A DNA stretch of 64,000 nt from Candidatus Latescibacterota bacterium. Lineage in GTDB: Bacteria > Latescibacterota > UBA2968 > GCA-2709665. The position numbers and the translations under genes were made by a program. The stretch spans positions 11,916-75,915 of the forward strand of contig CAXXJS010000011.1 in assembly GCA_963662665.2 (NCBI GenBank), read 5' to 3'. Numbering within the stretch: the stretch's first letter is position 1; each line of letters opens with the position of its first letter. Below the pieces are notes generated by a model. It did not search any database and was not told the DNA's origin. It worked only from the letters and a program-made list of their open reading frames with translations. Of the stretch, positions 49,138 to 57,581 are shown piece by piece.

Positions 49138-49869
49138 CTACACGGACAACTCCGGTGTGATCAGGTCCGGCGGGAGATGCGCCACACGACTCAGATAGCG
49201 AACCTGCACCCATCCCTTGCCATTGAAGTCCAGGCGGCTCATGGCCGTATTGGGATTCTCGAAATAAATGCTGTCCGGCATTCCGGCGAACACGGCATGG
49301 AGCAGATCGTTGGCGAATCCGCCGTGGCACACCATGCCGATCCGCTCCCCTGTGCCCGCGAATCGTTCGTGCAGTACCGATGCTACCCTTCTCGCCCGCG
49401 CGCGCCACTCCGATTTGACTTCAGGAGGCCGGTTCCACCAGCCCGCCTCCGTGATCGTCTCGGGTATAGCAAATTCCGGGAACAGCGCCTCGATCTCGCT
49501 CCGGGTGAGCCCCGGATACACCACCTCTCCCCGATCGTCCCCTTCATCCAGCCAGATTCCGCCCTCTTCGTGAATGTCGATCCAGATTTCGGGCCGGATC
49601 CCCAGCGCCTTTCCTACGGGCGCCGCGGTCTGGATTGCACGCAACATCGGACTGGAAAATATCCGGTCAAATTCAAACCCTGCGCAGTTCTGCTGCATTC
49701 CCGCGGGGTGGATCCCCTCTACGCCATCTCCGGCTTCGGCCAGGTAGCTGGCCAGCCGGTGGGCCTGGGCCTCGCCGATATCGGTCAGCGGTGGATCGCA
49801 CACCCGCTGACCCCCTTCTTCCAGTGCGTTGTTCGCCGACTGCCCGTGCCGGATAATATAAAGTTCCAT
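49138..49869 (-). CDS. Histidine phosphatase family protein
   Basis: IRHGQSANN, SSPMLRAIQTA and VCHGG. Confidence 0.9.
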   Translation of the reverse strand: MELYIIRHGQSANNALEEGGQRVCDPPLTDIGEAQAHRLASYLAEAGDGVEGIHPAGMQQNCAGFEFDRIFSSPMLRAIQTAAPVGKALGIRPEIWIDIHEEGGIWLDEGDDRGEVVYPGLTRSEIEALFPEFAIPETITEAGWWNRPPEVKSEWRARARRVASVLHERFAGTGERIGMVCHGGFANDLLHAVFAGMPDSIYFENPNTAMSRLDFNGKGWVQVRYLSRVAHLPPDLITPELSV

Positions 49870-49984
49870 CCATTCCTTTCCGGACGAAAAAAAGCCCGGC
49901 AGCGATGCCGGAGTTGGCGTACATAAACAGAAGAACGGATCGGAAAATACCACATTTTCCAAACCCGATCAAGCCATTTCTCGG

Positions 49985-50380
49985 TTACGGGGAAACCGGA
50001 TCGAAGGTCGCCACGTTTCGCAGACCTGCGACGCTTTCCCGTGCTTCGAATTCCACCGTCAATGTCACGCGTCTTACCGCGCCGGGATCCATATTCCCGT
50101 CCAGTTGCTTCGACGCCTGCCCTACCGTGGCATTCTGGTCGTCAACCAGCCGCCAGGTCAGAATAAAGGACACGTCGATCGGCACTTCGCCCACGTGGAC
50201 CACGTCCGCCTCAATGCGCACCCCGACAATCCGGGGCGGGTTGTCCTGATTCAGCACCGGCTGCGCCGAGAGATTCGTTATGGACAGCATATTCGACAGG
50301 TCTTCCGCGTCGAGAACGTCCAGTTTTCCGCTGCAGCCCGACACGGCAATCAGAACAGCCCAAACCATCTTTATCCGCAT
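49985..50380 (-). CDS. Putative lipoprotein (Ig-like)
   Basis: MRIKMVWAVLIAVSGC lipobox followed by a beta-rich body. Confidence 0.6.
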   Translation of the reverse strand: MRIKMVWAVLIAVSGCSGKLDVLDAEDLSNMLSITNLSAQPVLNQDNPPRIVGVRIEADVVHVGEVPIDVSFILTWRLVDDQNATVGQASKQLDGNMDPGAVRRVTLTVEFEARESVAGLRNVATFDPVSP

Positions 50381-50391
50381 CACAGCCCCTT

Positions 50392-51186
50392 TCAGGTACG
50401 CAGCCAGAGCAATGTCAACGCCAACAACGCCACAGCCCAGCAGTAATAGGAAAAGCGATCCAGCCGTCCGCCCCGCAGCAGGGCGAACAACCACCGGATC
50501 GCCACAACACCGGAAACGAAAGCCGCAGACAGACCGACAACCAGGGGTCCAACCACGTCCCAGGTCGGCGGATGGGCGATCAGTGCGCCCGCCTTCAATG
50601 CGGTTGCGCCAAGGATCACGGGTATCGACAACAGAAACGAGAAAGACGCCGCCTCCCTGCCCTCAACCCCCCGCCACAGCCCCACGCTGATGGTCAGACC
50701 GGAGCGGGATATCCCGGGCAGTATCGCCAGCGCCTGCGCCAGCCCGATCAACAAGGCATCGGCGACCCCGATTTCCTCCCGTCTGCCCGAGACAAACCGG
50801 GTGCTCCACAGCACGGTTCCCGTAGCCACGAGATAACCTGCCGCCGCAACGGGGCTGCTGAACGCCAATGTCAGAAAATCCTCGAAAAGAAGACCGACCA
50901 CGCCGGCCGGTACCGTGCCGACCAGCAACAGCAGCGCCATTCTCAAGGACGCACCCTCCCGGCGGATACAGCCGGCGGCCAGTCCCCGGATCCGGCCTCC
51001 CAGCACCGTGAGCACGGCCAGCAATGTGCCGAAGTGGACGACAACCTCGAACACCAGGTCGCCCGGCGGCACGCCCAGCAACGCCTGGCCCAGTACAAGA
51101 TGCCCCGAACTGCTCACCGGCAGAAACTCGGACAATCCCTGCACCAGTCCGAGAAGGACTGCCTCATGGACCGTCACTTCGATCAC
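50392..51186 (-). CDS. uppP: Undecaprenyl-diphosphate phosphatase
   Basis: QGLSEFLPVSSSGH, HFGTLLAV and PGISRSGLT. Confidence 0.96.
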   Translation of the reverse strand: MIEVTVHEAVLLGLVQGLSEFLPVSSSGHLVLGQALLGVPPGDLVFEVVVHFGTLLAVLTVLGGRIRGLAAGCIRREGASLRMALLLLVGTVPAGVVGLLFEDFLTLAFSSPVAAAGYLVATGTVLWSTRFVSGRREEIGVADALLIGLAQALAILPGISRSGLTISVGLWRGVEGREAASFSFLLSIPVILGATALKAGALIAHPPTWDVVGPLVVGLSAAFVSGVVAIRWLFALLRGGRLDRFSYYCWAVALLALTLLWLRT

Positions 51187-51282
51187 TCTCCGATCACGAC
51201 GATGGACGGGGATGCGCTGATTAAGTCATAATAAAATTAACACTTAATCTCTCTTCCTCCAAATGAAAACACCCCGCTTCGG

Positions 51283-51394
51283 GGACGGGAAATCCTTTGT
51301 CAGCCCGACGGCTTCCTCAGGATGACAGTTTTCGCCAATGGTTACTATAAAGCGGGTCATTCTGAGCGGAGCGAAGAATCTCCCGTCTTCTCGG
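51283..51394 (-). repeat. Inverted copy of the composite REP-like repeat seen at 16.6 and 17.6 kb
   Basis: Reverse complement reads GAAGACGGGAGATTCTTCGCTCCGCTCAGAATGAC...ACCATTGGCGA..CTGTCATCCTGAG. Confidence 0.75.
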
Positions 51395-51469
51395 CTTGAG
51401 GAAGCCTTCACCAACCCATATGCGCGGACGCCTGGTTTCCCTGGCGGCTTCCACAGGATGACGGGTTTA

Positions 51470-51652
51470 TCACACGTGGGCAGGCAGGCGAACCATGGAG
51501 GCGATAATGCGTGCGCTGGCCACGGTAAAGAGCAGCCCCTGATCCAACATGGCATTGAGGGTATCCTTGCTATACTGCGACAGCGACGTATCGTTGCCCA
51601 GCAGCGTGCCGTCCAGATCGGAGACGTAGAGGGTGGATTCGTCGGGCTTCAA
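51470..51652 (-). pseudogene. Truncated Cof-type HAD hydrolase (N-terminal ~50 aa only)
   Basis: LYVSDLDGTLLGNDTSLSQYS...GLLFTVASAR, then loss of similarity and a stop. Confidence 0.75.
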
Positions 51653-51720
51653 GAGTATTTCCGAAACAAAGAAGCCGAGGCTGTTTCTGCCCCGGCCGAC
51701 AAGTTCTGCATAGGGTTTAA

Positions 51721-52667
51721 CCCCAATACGAAGAAAACAGCAACTCGGCGACGCGACGAAAACCCCTGAAACGGGGCGTAACGGTCGTCAAAAAGGACGT
51801 TTTTTCAGTTCACGTCCAGTGACCTGGTGTATCCTGGTAATCCGAAGTCAAATCGCCTTTATCTAATTGCACATATTCGGTTTTACTTCCCCGAAGAAGT
51901 AGAGTCGAGATGTGGCGCGGTGGTTTAGGAGTGGCCTGTCTGTTCCCGCCCCTTTCGTCTGGCGGTGCCTCAATAGCCCCTCCCTGCTCCGTTTCCACAT
52001 CCCGCTCGTCGAACCGGACGTGCGGAGTTACCGCATCCGGCTCTCCGACGGACATCGCCTTCAGGTACACACTGCCCGATCTGCCCGGACAGCTTCACCT
52101 GAAACCTTAGCTTGATCTGGAGTCGCCTCGTCTTATTCTGGAGGAGGTTATAGGCTTGCGCCACTCTCCCGACAGTTGTCCCCTTCACAAGCACATCCGA
52201 AGTCAGGCCCCTTTCCTCCGCCGGCGTTACCCGGCATCACAGGTACTACGAGCCTGTCCGCCACCCCATACGGCCCGGCCTGGCCCTCACGGGCTTCCGG
52301 TTGGTGGCTCTCCACCACCGCTGGGGCTTCCCGTGTTGCGTCGGATCTCCTTGTATGCGTGCCTCCGCCATTACCCCGGCGGGACCGTTGGGTGCTCTCG
52401 TTGCCTGCTTCCCCAACGACGGCGGCCTTCCCCGTTCGCAAGCCGGGTCGGCTCCCGCATTACCCTTTTCGAGGCCTGCTCAGCGTTTACTCACGTTTCA
52501 GCCCACATACTCGCCGAGTCGCCTGGCGACCCTCTACACCGGAGGCTTCGGAGATGTCGTTACCTACGTCTCCGCTCCGATTGCTTCCGACTGTGGCAAC
52601 ATCTGTCGGGTGGGACTCTCACCCACTGAAGTTCCGCGCCTTTTCACGGCGCACTTGCGAATCAAGG
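51721..52667 (-). mobile_element. MITE family A, copy 3 (191 bp in two pieces: 52655-52667 and 51721-51898), TTAA duplication, interrupted by a group II intron
   Basis: TTAA at 51717-51720 and 52668-52671. Removing 51899-52654 restores a colinear 191-bp copy. Confidence 0.88.
51899..52654 (-). ncRNA. ORF-less group II intron (756 nt)
   Basis: 5' GTGCG; domain V GAGCCGGATGCGGTAACTCCGCACGTCCGGTTC (52011-52043); domain VI ending CTCGACTCTAC; EBS1 TTGCGAA (52435-52441) in a hairpin loop; only a short RT-like remnant in domain IV. Confidence 0.93.
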
Positions 52668-52672
52668 TTAAT

Positions 52673-52843
52673 TCAGTTCTCATATCCATTCTTGAGAAAA
52701 GGCGGATCTTCCTTGAATCCCTGCTCTCCCTTCTTCCTCTCTTCCGCGATCCAGGCGGCATATTTCTCGTCCTGCTCCTTTATCCCTTTCTTTCGTCCCT
52801 TCTCAGACCTGCGCCTGGCAAATGCCTCATACGCAGATCCCAT
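52673..52843 (-). CDS. Small hypothetical protein (56 aa), possibly the remnant of a longer membrane-anchored ORF
   Basis: GGAGG RBS then MGSAYEAFARRRSEKGRKKG...WIAEE...FKEDPPFLKNGYEN*; hydrophobic in-frame sequence upstream. Confidence 0.45.
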   Translation of the reverse strand: MGSAYEAFARRRSEKGRKKGIKEQDEKYAAWIAEERKKGEQGFKEDPPFLKNGYEN

Positions 52844-52952
52844 TACGAGGACACCTCCTTCCAGAAAGAAAAAAGCCGCAGTAATTGCGAATGCGATGAC
52901 AGATGTAAAATCTCCGACAAGAGCGAAGGACCACGACCATACCGGGTTTCAC

Positions 52953-53513
52953 TCAAGACGACCTCCCAAGCTTCGGCATCCGGCCTATAACGTACTGTTT
53001 TACTTTCTCATACACGTGTTCCACATCTCCGCTGGCATCGACGTAGCGTACCTCCGGACGACTGAGGTCTTGAAGGTATTCCCAGATTTCGCGGACCTTC
53101 TGCTCATCCCTGAAGTATGCCGGAGGGGCGTACATACCGGGCATTGCCCTGTGCCGCGCCTCGAGCCGCTCCATACACTTTGCATGGGAACAACGGAGAA
53201 TGACGGGCAGGAACAAAGTCTGCGGATGCCGTTTCAGAATTGCGTCCAATTGCCGCCAATGGAATTCCCATCCCAGTGACATATCCAGCACAACCGAAGC
53301 CCCGGACTCAACGAACTCCTCGCAAAGGCGGAAGAGTACGTCGTAGGCTATCCGGTACGTGTCAACCTCGCTGTCCTTGATTCCCCGCGAGGGATCGATC
53401 GTACGACCGATGGTATCCGAACTCAGGCAGGGGAGATTGAACTCTCTGGAAAGTCTCCTGCATATTGTCGTCTTCCCGGCGCCAGGGAATCCGCCTATTG
53501 TAATCAGTGCCAT
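52953..53513 (-). CDS. AAA_33-like P-loop kinase
   Basis: GFPGAGKTT Walker A, SSDTI and CMERLEAR lid. Confidence 0.85.
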   Translation of the reverse strand: MALITIGGFPGAGKTTICRRLSREFNLPCLSSDTIGRTIDPSRGIKDSEVDTYRIAYDVLFRLCEEFVESGASVVLDMSLGWEFHWRQLDAILKRHPQTLFLPVILRCSHAKCMERLEARHRAMPGMYAPPAYFRDEQKVREIWEYLQDLSRPEVRYVDASGDVEHVYEKVKQYVIGRMPKLGRSS

Positions 53514-53588
53514 CCGATGCTCTCAGACCGGGAGGTGAGGCGCTGAATTCGATTCAGGAACCGTGTGGTGCGGCAGTTTATTCTGAGT

Positions 53589-54719
53589 CTAATCCAGCTC
53601 CACCTTGAACAGGAAACTCGCGCGAGAGTGGTTGTCCGATTCAGCCACGATGAAAGTCTTCGCATCCACCATGCACATATGGTGCGCCAGCCAGCAACGC
53701 GTCCCGTCCCGCGTATCCTGAATGGGACCCAGGTTTTTGAACAGCCCCGTCTCGCGGTCGTACGTGAAGAAATGCGTATCGTAGTCTCCCCCGCTGACCC
53801 CGTAGATCAGCCCGTCCGGCCCCTCGATCAACCCCTTCATGCGCGGCGCGACAAAGGGTTTTCCCAGATATGTCGCCGTAACCTCCGGACCCCGGTGATC
53901 CACCCGCACCAGAGCCCCCGCGGCAGTACCGACGTACAGCGTCCCGTCGGCCGTCAACAGCGCCGTGTCCATCTGATTCGACCCTTTATTTCCCGGCGAT
54001 ACGTCCGGCAGGTCCACGTTCGTAAAATCGATCTCATCCCGGTCAGGATCGTATCGCAACAGTGGATAGCGTCCCGCCCACTGCATGAGTTCGTACGTGT
54101 GCCAGGCGCCTCCGTCCGCGTCCAGCGCAAGATGCTCGGTGGACACGTCGCCCAGCATGGTCAGTACACGCGCGCTGTCGCTTCCGATATCGTATCGAAA
54201 CATCTTTCTCCCGGGAAACGTATCCCCGTAGATGATGCCCCGCCGGCGGTCCATTACGAACCCCTGAACGTAGTCGTGCTCGATCGGGATGCACAGGAAC
54301 TCGTACTCTCCGGTCCGGGGGTCATATCGGAAGATCGGACCGCCCGTGGCTTTCGGCCAGATATCCGCGTCTCCCAACGTGGCTACGCCGGCGTACACGC
54401 GCCCCTGGTCGTCCACCTCCAGCCCCTGGTGGATCTTGCTGCCGTACCGGTCCCGTTCACCGGGATAATTCAATGACGTCCATAAATCCGTCGCGGGGTC
54501 GAACGTGTAGAAGATATCCCTGTCCAGCGCGGTCAGACCCACGTAGACGAGACCGTCGGTCGGGTTGTAGCAGATGCACGTCGGGGAAATCCACTTCTTA
54601 CCGAAGTCTTCGTCCTCAATCCAGTCCTCGCTCGCCTTCCACTTCGTAAAGTGGGTCCACTTTTCCATGCTGATTTCGCATTCCCGAAGCCGATGGGCGG
54701 TGATTCTTTCAATCTTCAT
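53589..54719 (-). CDS. Beta-propeller hypothetical protein
   Basis: Repeated IFRYDPRTG/MFRYD/LLRYDPD blades and DGLIYG. Confidence 0.7.
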   Translation of the reverse strand: MKIERITAHRLRECEISMEKWTHFTKWKASEDWIEDEDFGKKWISPTCICYNPTDGLVYVGLTALDRDIFYTFDPATDLWTSLNYPGERDRYGSKIHQGLEVDDQGRVYAGVATLGDADIWPKATGGPIFRYDPRTGEYEFLCIPIEHDYVQGFVMDRRRGIIYGDTFPGRKMFRYDIGSDSARVLTMLGDVSTEHLALDADGGAWHTYELMQWAGRYPLLRYDPDRDEIDFTNVDLPDVSPGNKGSNQMDTALLTADGTLYVGTAAGALVRVDHRGPEVTATYLGKPFVAPRMKGLIEGPDGLIYGVSGGDYDTHFFTYDRETGLFKNLGPIQDTRDGTRCWLAHHMCMVDAKTFIVAESDNHSRASFLFKVELD

Positions 54720-54780
54720 GGCATTCCCCTCGAGTGTCGACCTTTGTTCGCATGTACGCGCCTTCCCGATTTCCGGAAAA

Positions 54781-55551
54781 TCAGTCGGTTTCTGTCCTGT
54801 GCGAAGGAAGGACGGCGATCAGCCGGCAGGGCGCCGCGCACGCGCCTCTGATTTTCATCGGCATGGCGATCATTTGGATACGGGGAGCGGTTATCTCCGC
54901 CACGTTCAGCAGTGAACCGATCACCAGAATGCCGGACCTCATCAGCATGGGCCAGAAACTCGGTTCTTCCTCTCCGTCGTGCCAACTCGCCATGTCCGAC
55001 GCGAGGATTGAAGGTCCTCGACGCACCGCCCAGTCAATGGCGTCGTAGCTGAAGTGCGGCGTGAGGTCGCAGCGAACGTCATTGCTCTCAAACCGGCTGT
55101 AACCGGTTGCCACCAGGATTGCGTCTCCGGGATGGATGGTCTCGCCAAGACCCGCAAGTGCGCCATCCAGATCGGCGGCGGTCACCTTCTCATCCTTCCC
55201 TCTGGGAATGTGCAGCACCACCGCGGATACGAACAGCCGTTCCAGGCCGACGTCGGCAATTGACTCCATCTCGGGGTACAGATGCGCTCCCGTTTCCAGA
55301 TAGTTGCCGGCTTGCACGCACATCCGGACCTCCTGCGTGTAGCTGCGGTACTCGCGACCCCGGCACAGGGCCTCCATTTCTTCGTCCAGCTCCCGCATCT
55401 GAAACGACGGAAGCGTTCCCGTCATATCCACAGGCATCCCGTTGTAATAATCGCAGGTCAGGTCGACCAGACGGCCCATATCCCAGGTCTGATTCAACTC
55501 AACAGCGGGGGTTCCGCCGCCACCCGGTTCCGTGTTTCTTTCCGCGTTCAT
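54781..55551 (-). CDS. Cyclase-family (kynurenine formamidase-like) protein with degenerate metal motif
   Basis: LVDLT, QAGNYLETGAH (vs HxGTHxDxPxH), GDAILVATG and PMKIRGACAAPCRLIA. Confidence 0.75.
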   Translation of the reverse strand: MNAERNTEPGGGGTPAVELNQTWDMGRLVDLTCDYYNGMPVDMTGTLPSFQMRELDEEMEALCRGREYRSYTQEVRMCVQAGNYLETGAHLYPEMESIADVGLERLFVSAVVLHIPRGKDEKVTAADLDGALAGLGETIHPGDAILVATGYSRFESNDVRCDLTPHFSYDAIDWAVRRGPSILASDMASWHDGEEEPSFWPMLMRSGILVIGSLLNVAEITAPRIQMIAMPMKIRGACAAPCRLIAVLPSHRTETD

Positions 55552-55584
55552 TTTAATCCTCCGTTTTTTAGCCCGGTCGCTGCC

Positions 55585-57549
55585 CTACGCGTAGGGAAAG
55601 AACATGTTCGAGACCGTTCCGGTGAAGTAATCGACAGCGATCCAGACGCCAGTACAGACGGCCTCCCCCAGAATAATCCCCATGAAAAAAGGCCGGGTCG
55701 ACCGGTAGAGCCTGGCGCCCCCGAATCTCAACACCAGGCTTTTGACGCCCCACGCCAGAAAGACATTGATAAAAAAGTAATCCGTATAGGCAATCGTGCT
55801 CACGGGAAGCGCGACCGGATGTAGCGGCCACCACACGAACCGGGCCCGCATCGCCGCGAGAACGGCCGCAATGGCACCTCCCATACCCAGATAAAGAAAC
55901 CCTCTGGTGAAAACAGGACTGGGTTCCAGCAAGCGGCGGCCCACAAAAGCATCGAACGGAAGGCGTGCGTAGTCCAGAAAATGCCGGTCCAGGTTGAGCC
56001 CGCCGTGGCCGTAGCCGAGCTTGAGCGTCATCGTGCTGGCGGTAACCAGTCCAACGGCCAGGGCCAGACCCATTGCCCAGACCAGGCCCCGTTTGCGCGG
56101 AATCCGGCGCGCAAGCCAAAGCGCACCCGCCGCGCGGGGCATCAGCGTGCTAGTGCGCGTCATCGTCCACGCGTATCCGAACCCCAGCGTCACCAGGCCT
56201 GACGGGCTGAAAGCCGAGGATCCCACCATACACACGGCGAATTCGGCAGGATTGATGGGCGAGTAGGCCGTAACGAATCCGGTCTCGCTTACAATCCGCG
56301 CCATCACCAGGAACACGATGAAACAGGAGGCGAACAACACCAGGATCACCGGTGGAGACATGCCGGCCTGGTACAGCCAGCACCCAAGGTAGAGCGTTCC
56401 CCCTCCAATTCCAATAACGGCGGTCCTGTAGGGCATCACCTCGTGCGTATCGTCCGCGACCGACGGCCTGCCGAGTACTTTCGCAGCGACCTGCCGCAGG
56501 TGTTCACGCCCCACCCACAGGCTGTACGCGGCCAGGATTGCCATGTATCCCATGCCCATCAGGGCCAGGGACGCGTGTCCCTGGGAACTGAACCGCCCAA
56601 CCACGCCCGATACATTGTAGCGTTCCGCCCCCAGGACTGCCAATACACCGCGGACGACCTTGGAAATGACGTTGAAAACCCATATGCTGAGGCTCACGTC
56701 CGTATTTACGAAATAGGAGTACCCGAGAATAGCGAAGTGGAGCCTGAGACGCAAAGGGGTCGTATCGTTGAAGATCCAGATATCGTGGACCAGACCGATC
56801 CGGGGGACCGTATGAAAGTAGTGGTGCAGCGCGTTGATCGACCCGATCGCGAACGGAATTGCGAACCCCGCCCACATCAGACGGCTCCTGAATAGCCGCC
56901 CCAACCTCCCGTTTCCGGTTTCGCTCATTTCGAGGGGAACCTGCATGATCGGAAACGCGAACCGTTCGTGGTCCTCCCATTGTTTCCGCAAAATTACGGC
57001 CAGGCAGATCAGCACCCCCAGGAGTACCAGCACGAACGCGCCCCAGCTGACGAGAGGGACGAGCCACGCCTCCCAGGGCGGCGAAGCCCCGTTGGGCAAC
57101 CCCTCGTAGAGACCCCTGACGACCTCGGCGTCCCTCGGGGCCGTCCAGGAGACGATATTGGGCAACACGGCTTCCAGGTCGCGGCGTTCGGGAGTTGCGT
57201 AATAGGTAACGCCGGTCAGGTACGATATCAGGTGTTTGACCATTTGCGAGACGGGCAACAGGAACAGGAACATCACGTAAATGGCCAGCAGTTCGCCCCG
57301 TTTCAGGGCGAATCGTCTCCTCAGTGCGGCAAGTAGCGGATTGGCGAACAGGACAAGAAGAAAAAGGAGAACCAGCGCGCCGCGGTCAATGAAATAGGCG
57401 TTCAGCCACCGGCCCTGGATCACCATGCGGTTGTAGGGCAATACCAGTCCCAGAAACCCGCAAAGGGCAAGGCCGATCAGGAAGGCCCGGGGGGTCAGGC
57501 CATCATGTTCGCCCTCATTCAACGCGCGGAGACTGCGTTCGCGGTTCAT
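55585..57549 (-). CDS. Multi-pass membrane protein (DUF6785/DUF6784-like, putative peptide transporter)
   Basis: TPRAFLIG, ELLAIY, LRKQWEDHERFAFP, WWPLHPV and RPFFMGIILGE; many TM helices. Confidence 0.8.
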   Translation of the reverse strand: MNRERSLRALNEGEHDGLTPRAFLIGLALCGFLGLVLPYNRMVIQGRWLNAYFIDRGALVLLFLLVLFANPLLAALRRRFALKRGELLAIYVMFLFLLPVSQMVKHLISYLTGVTYYATPERRDLEAVLPNIVSWTAPRDAEVVRGLYEGLPNGASPPWEAWLVPLVSWGAFVLVLLGVLICLAVILRKQWEDHERFAFPIMQVPLEMSETGNGRLGRLFRSRLMWAGFAIPFAIGSINALHHYFHTVPRIGLVHDIWIFNDTTPLRLRLHFAILGYSYFVNTDVSLSIWVFNVISKVVRGVLAVLGAERYNVSGVVGRFSSQGHASLALMGMGYMAILAAYSLWVGREHLRQVAAKVLGRPSVADDTHEVMPYRTAVIGIGGGTLYLGCWLYQAGMSPPVILVLFASCFIVFLVMARIVSETGFVTAYSPINPAEFAVCMVGSSAFSPSGLVTLGFGYAWTMTRTSTLMPRAAGALWLARRIPRKRGLVWAMGLALAVGLVTASTMTLKLGYGHGGLNLDRHFLDYARLPFDAFVGRRLLEPSPVFTRGFLYLGMGGAIAAVLAAMRARFVWWPLHPVALPVSTIAYTDYFFINVFLAWGVKSLVLRFGGARLYRSTRPFFMGIILGEAVCTGVWIAVDYFTGTVSNMFFPYA

Positions 57550-57581
57550 CCCTGACTCAGTCCCTTCTCTTGTTCGACGCG

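Noticed and set aside
52459-52467. Candidate EBS2 (AAGGGTAAT pairing with exon ATTAACCTT)
   Set aside because: It has one mismatch, and the segment may simply be part of the intron's own domain I structure. It cannot be assigned without a folded model.
52176-53279. Long plus-strand ORFs over the intron (367 aa and 229 aa)
   Set aside because: They are antisense shadows of the intron RNA and minus-strand genes, with no RT motifs such as YADD.
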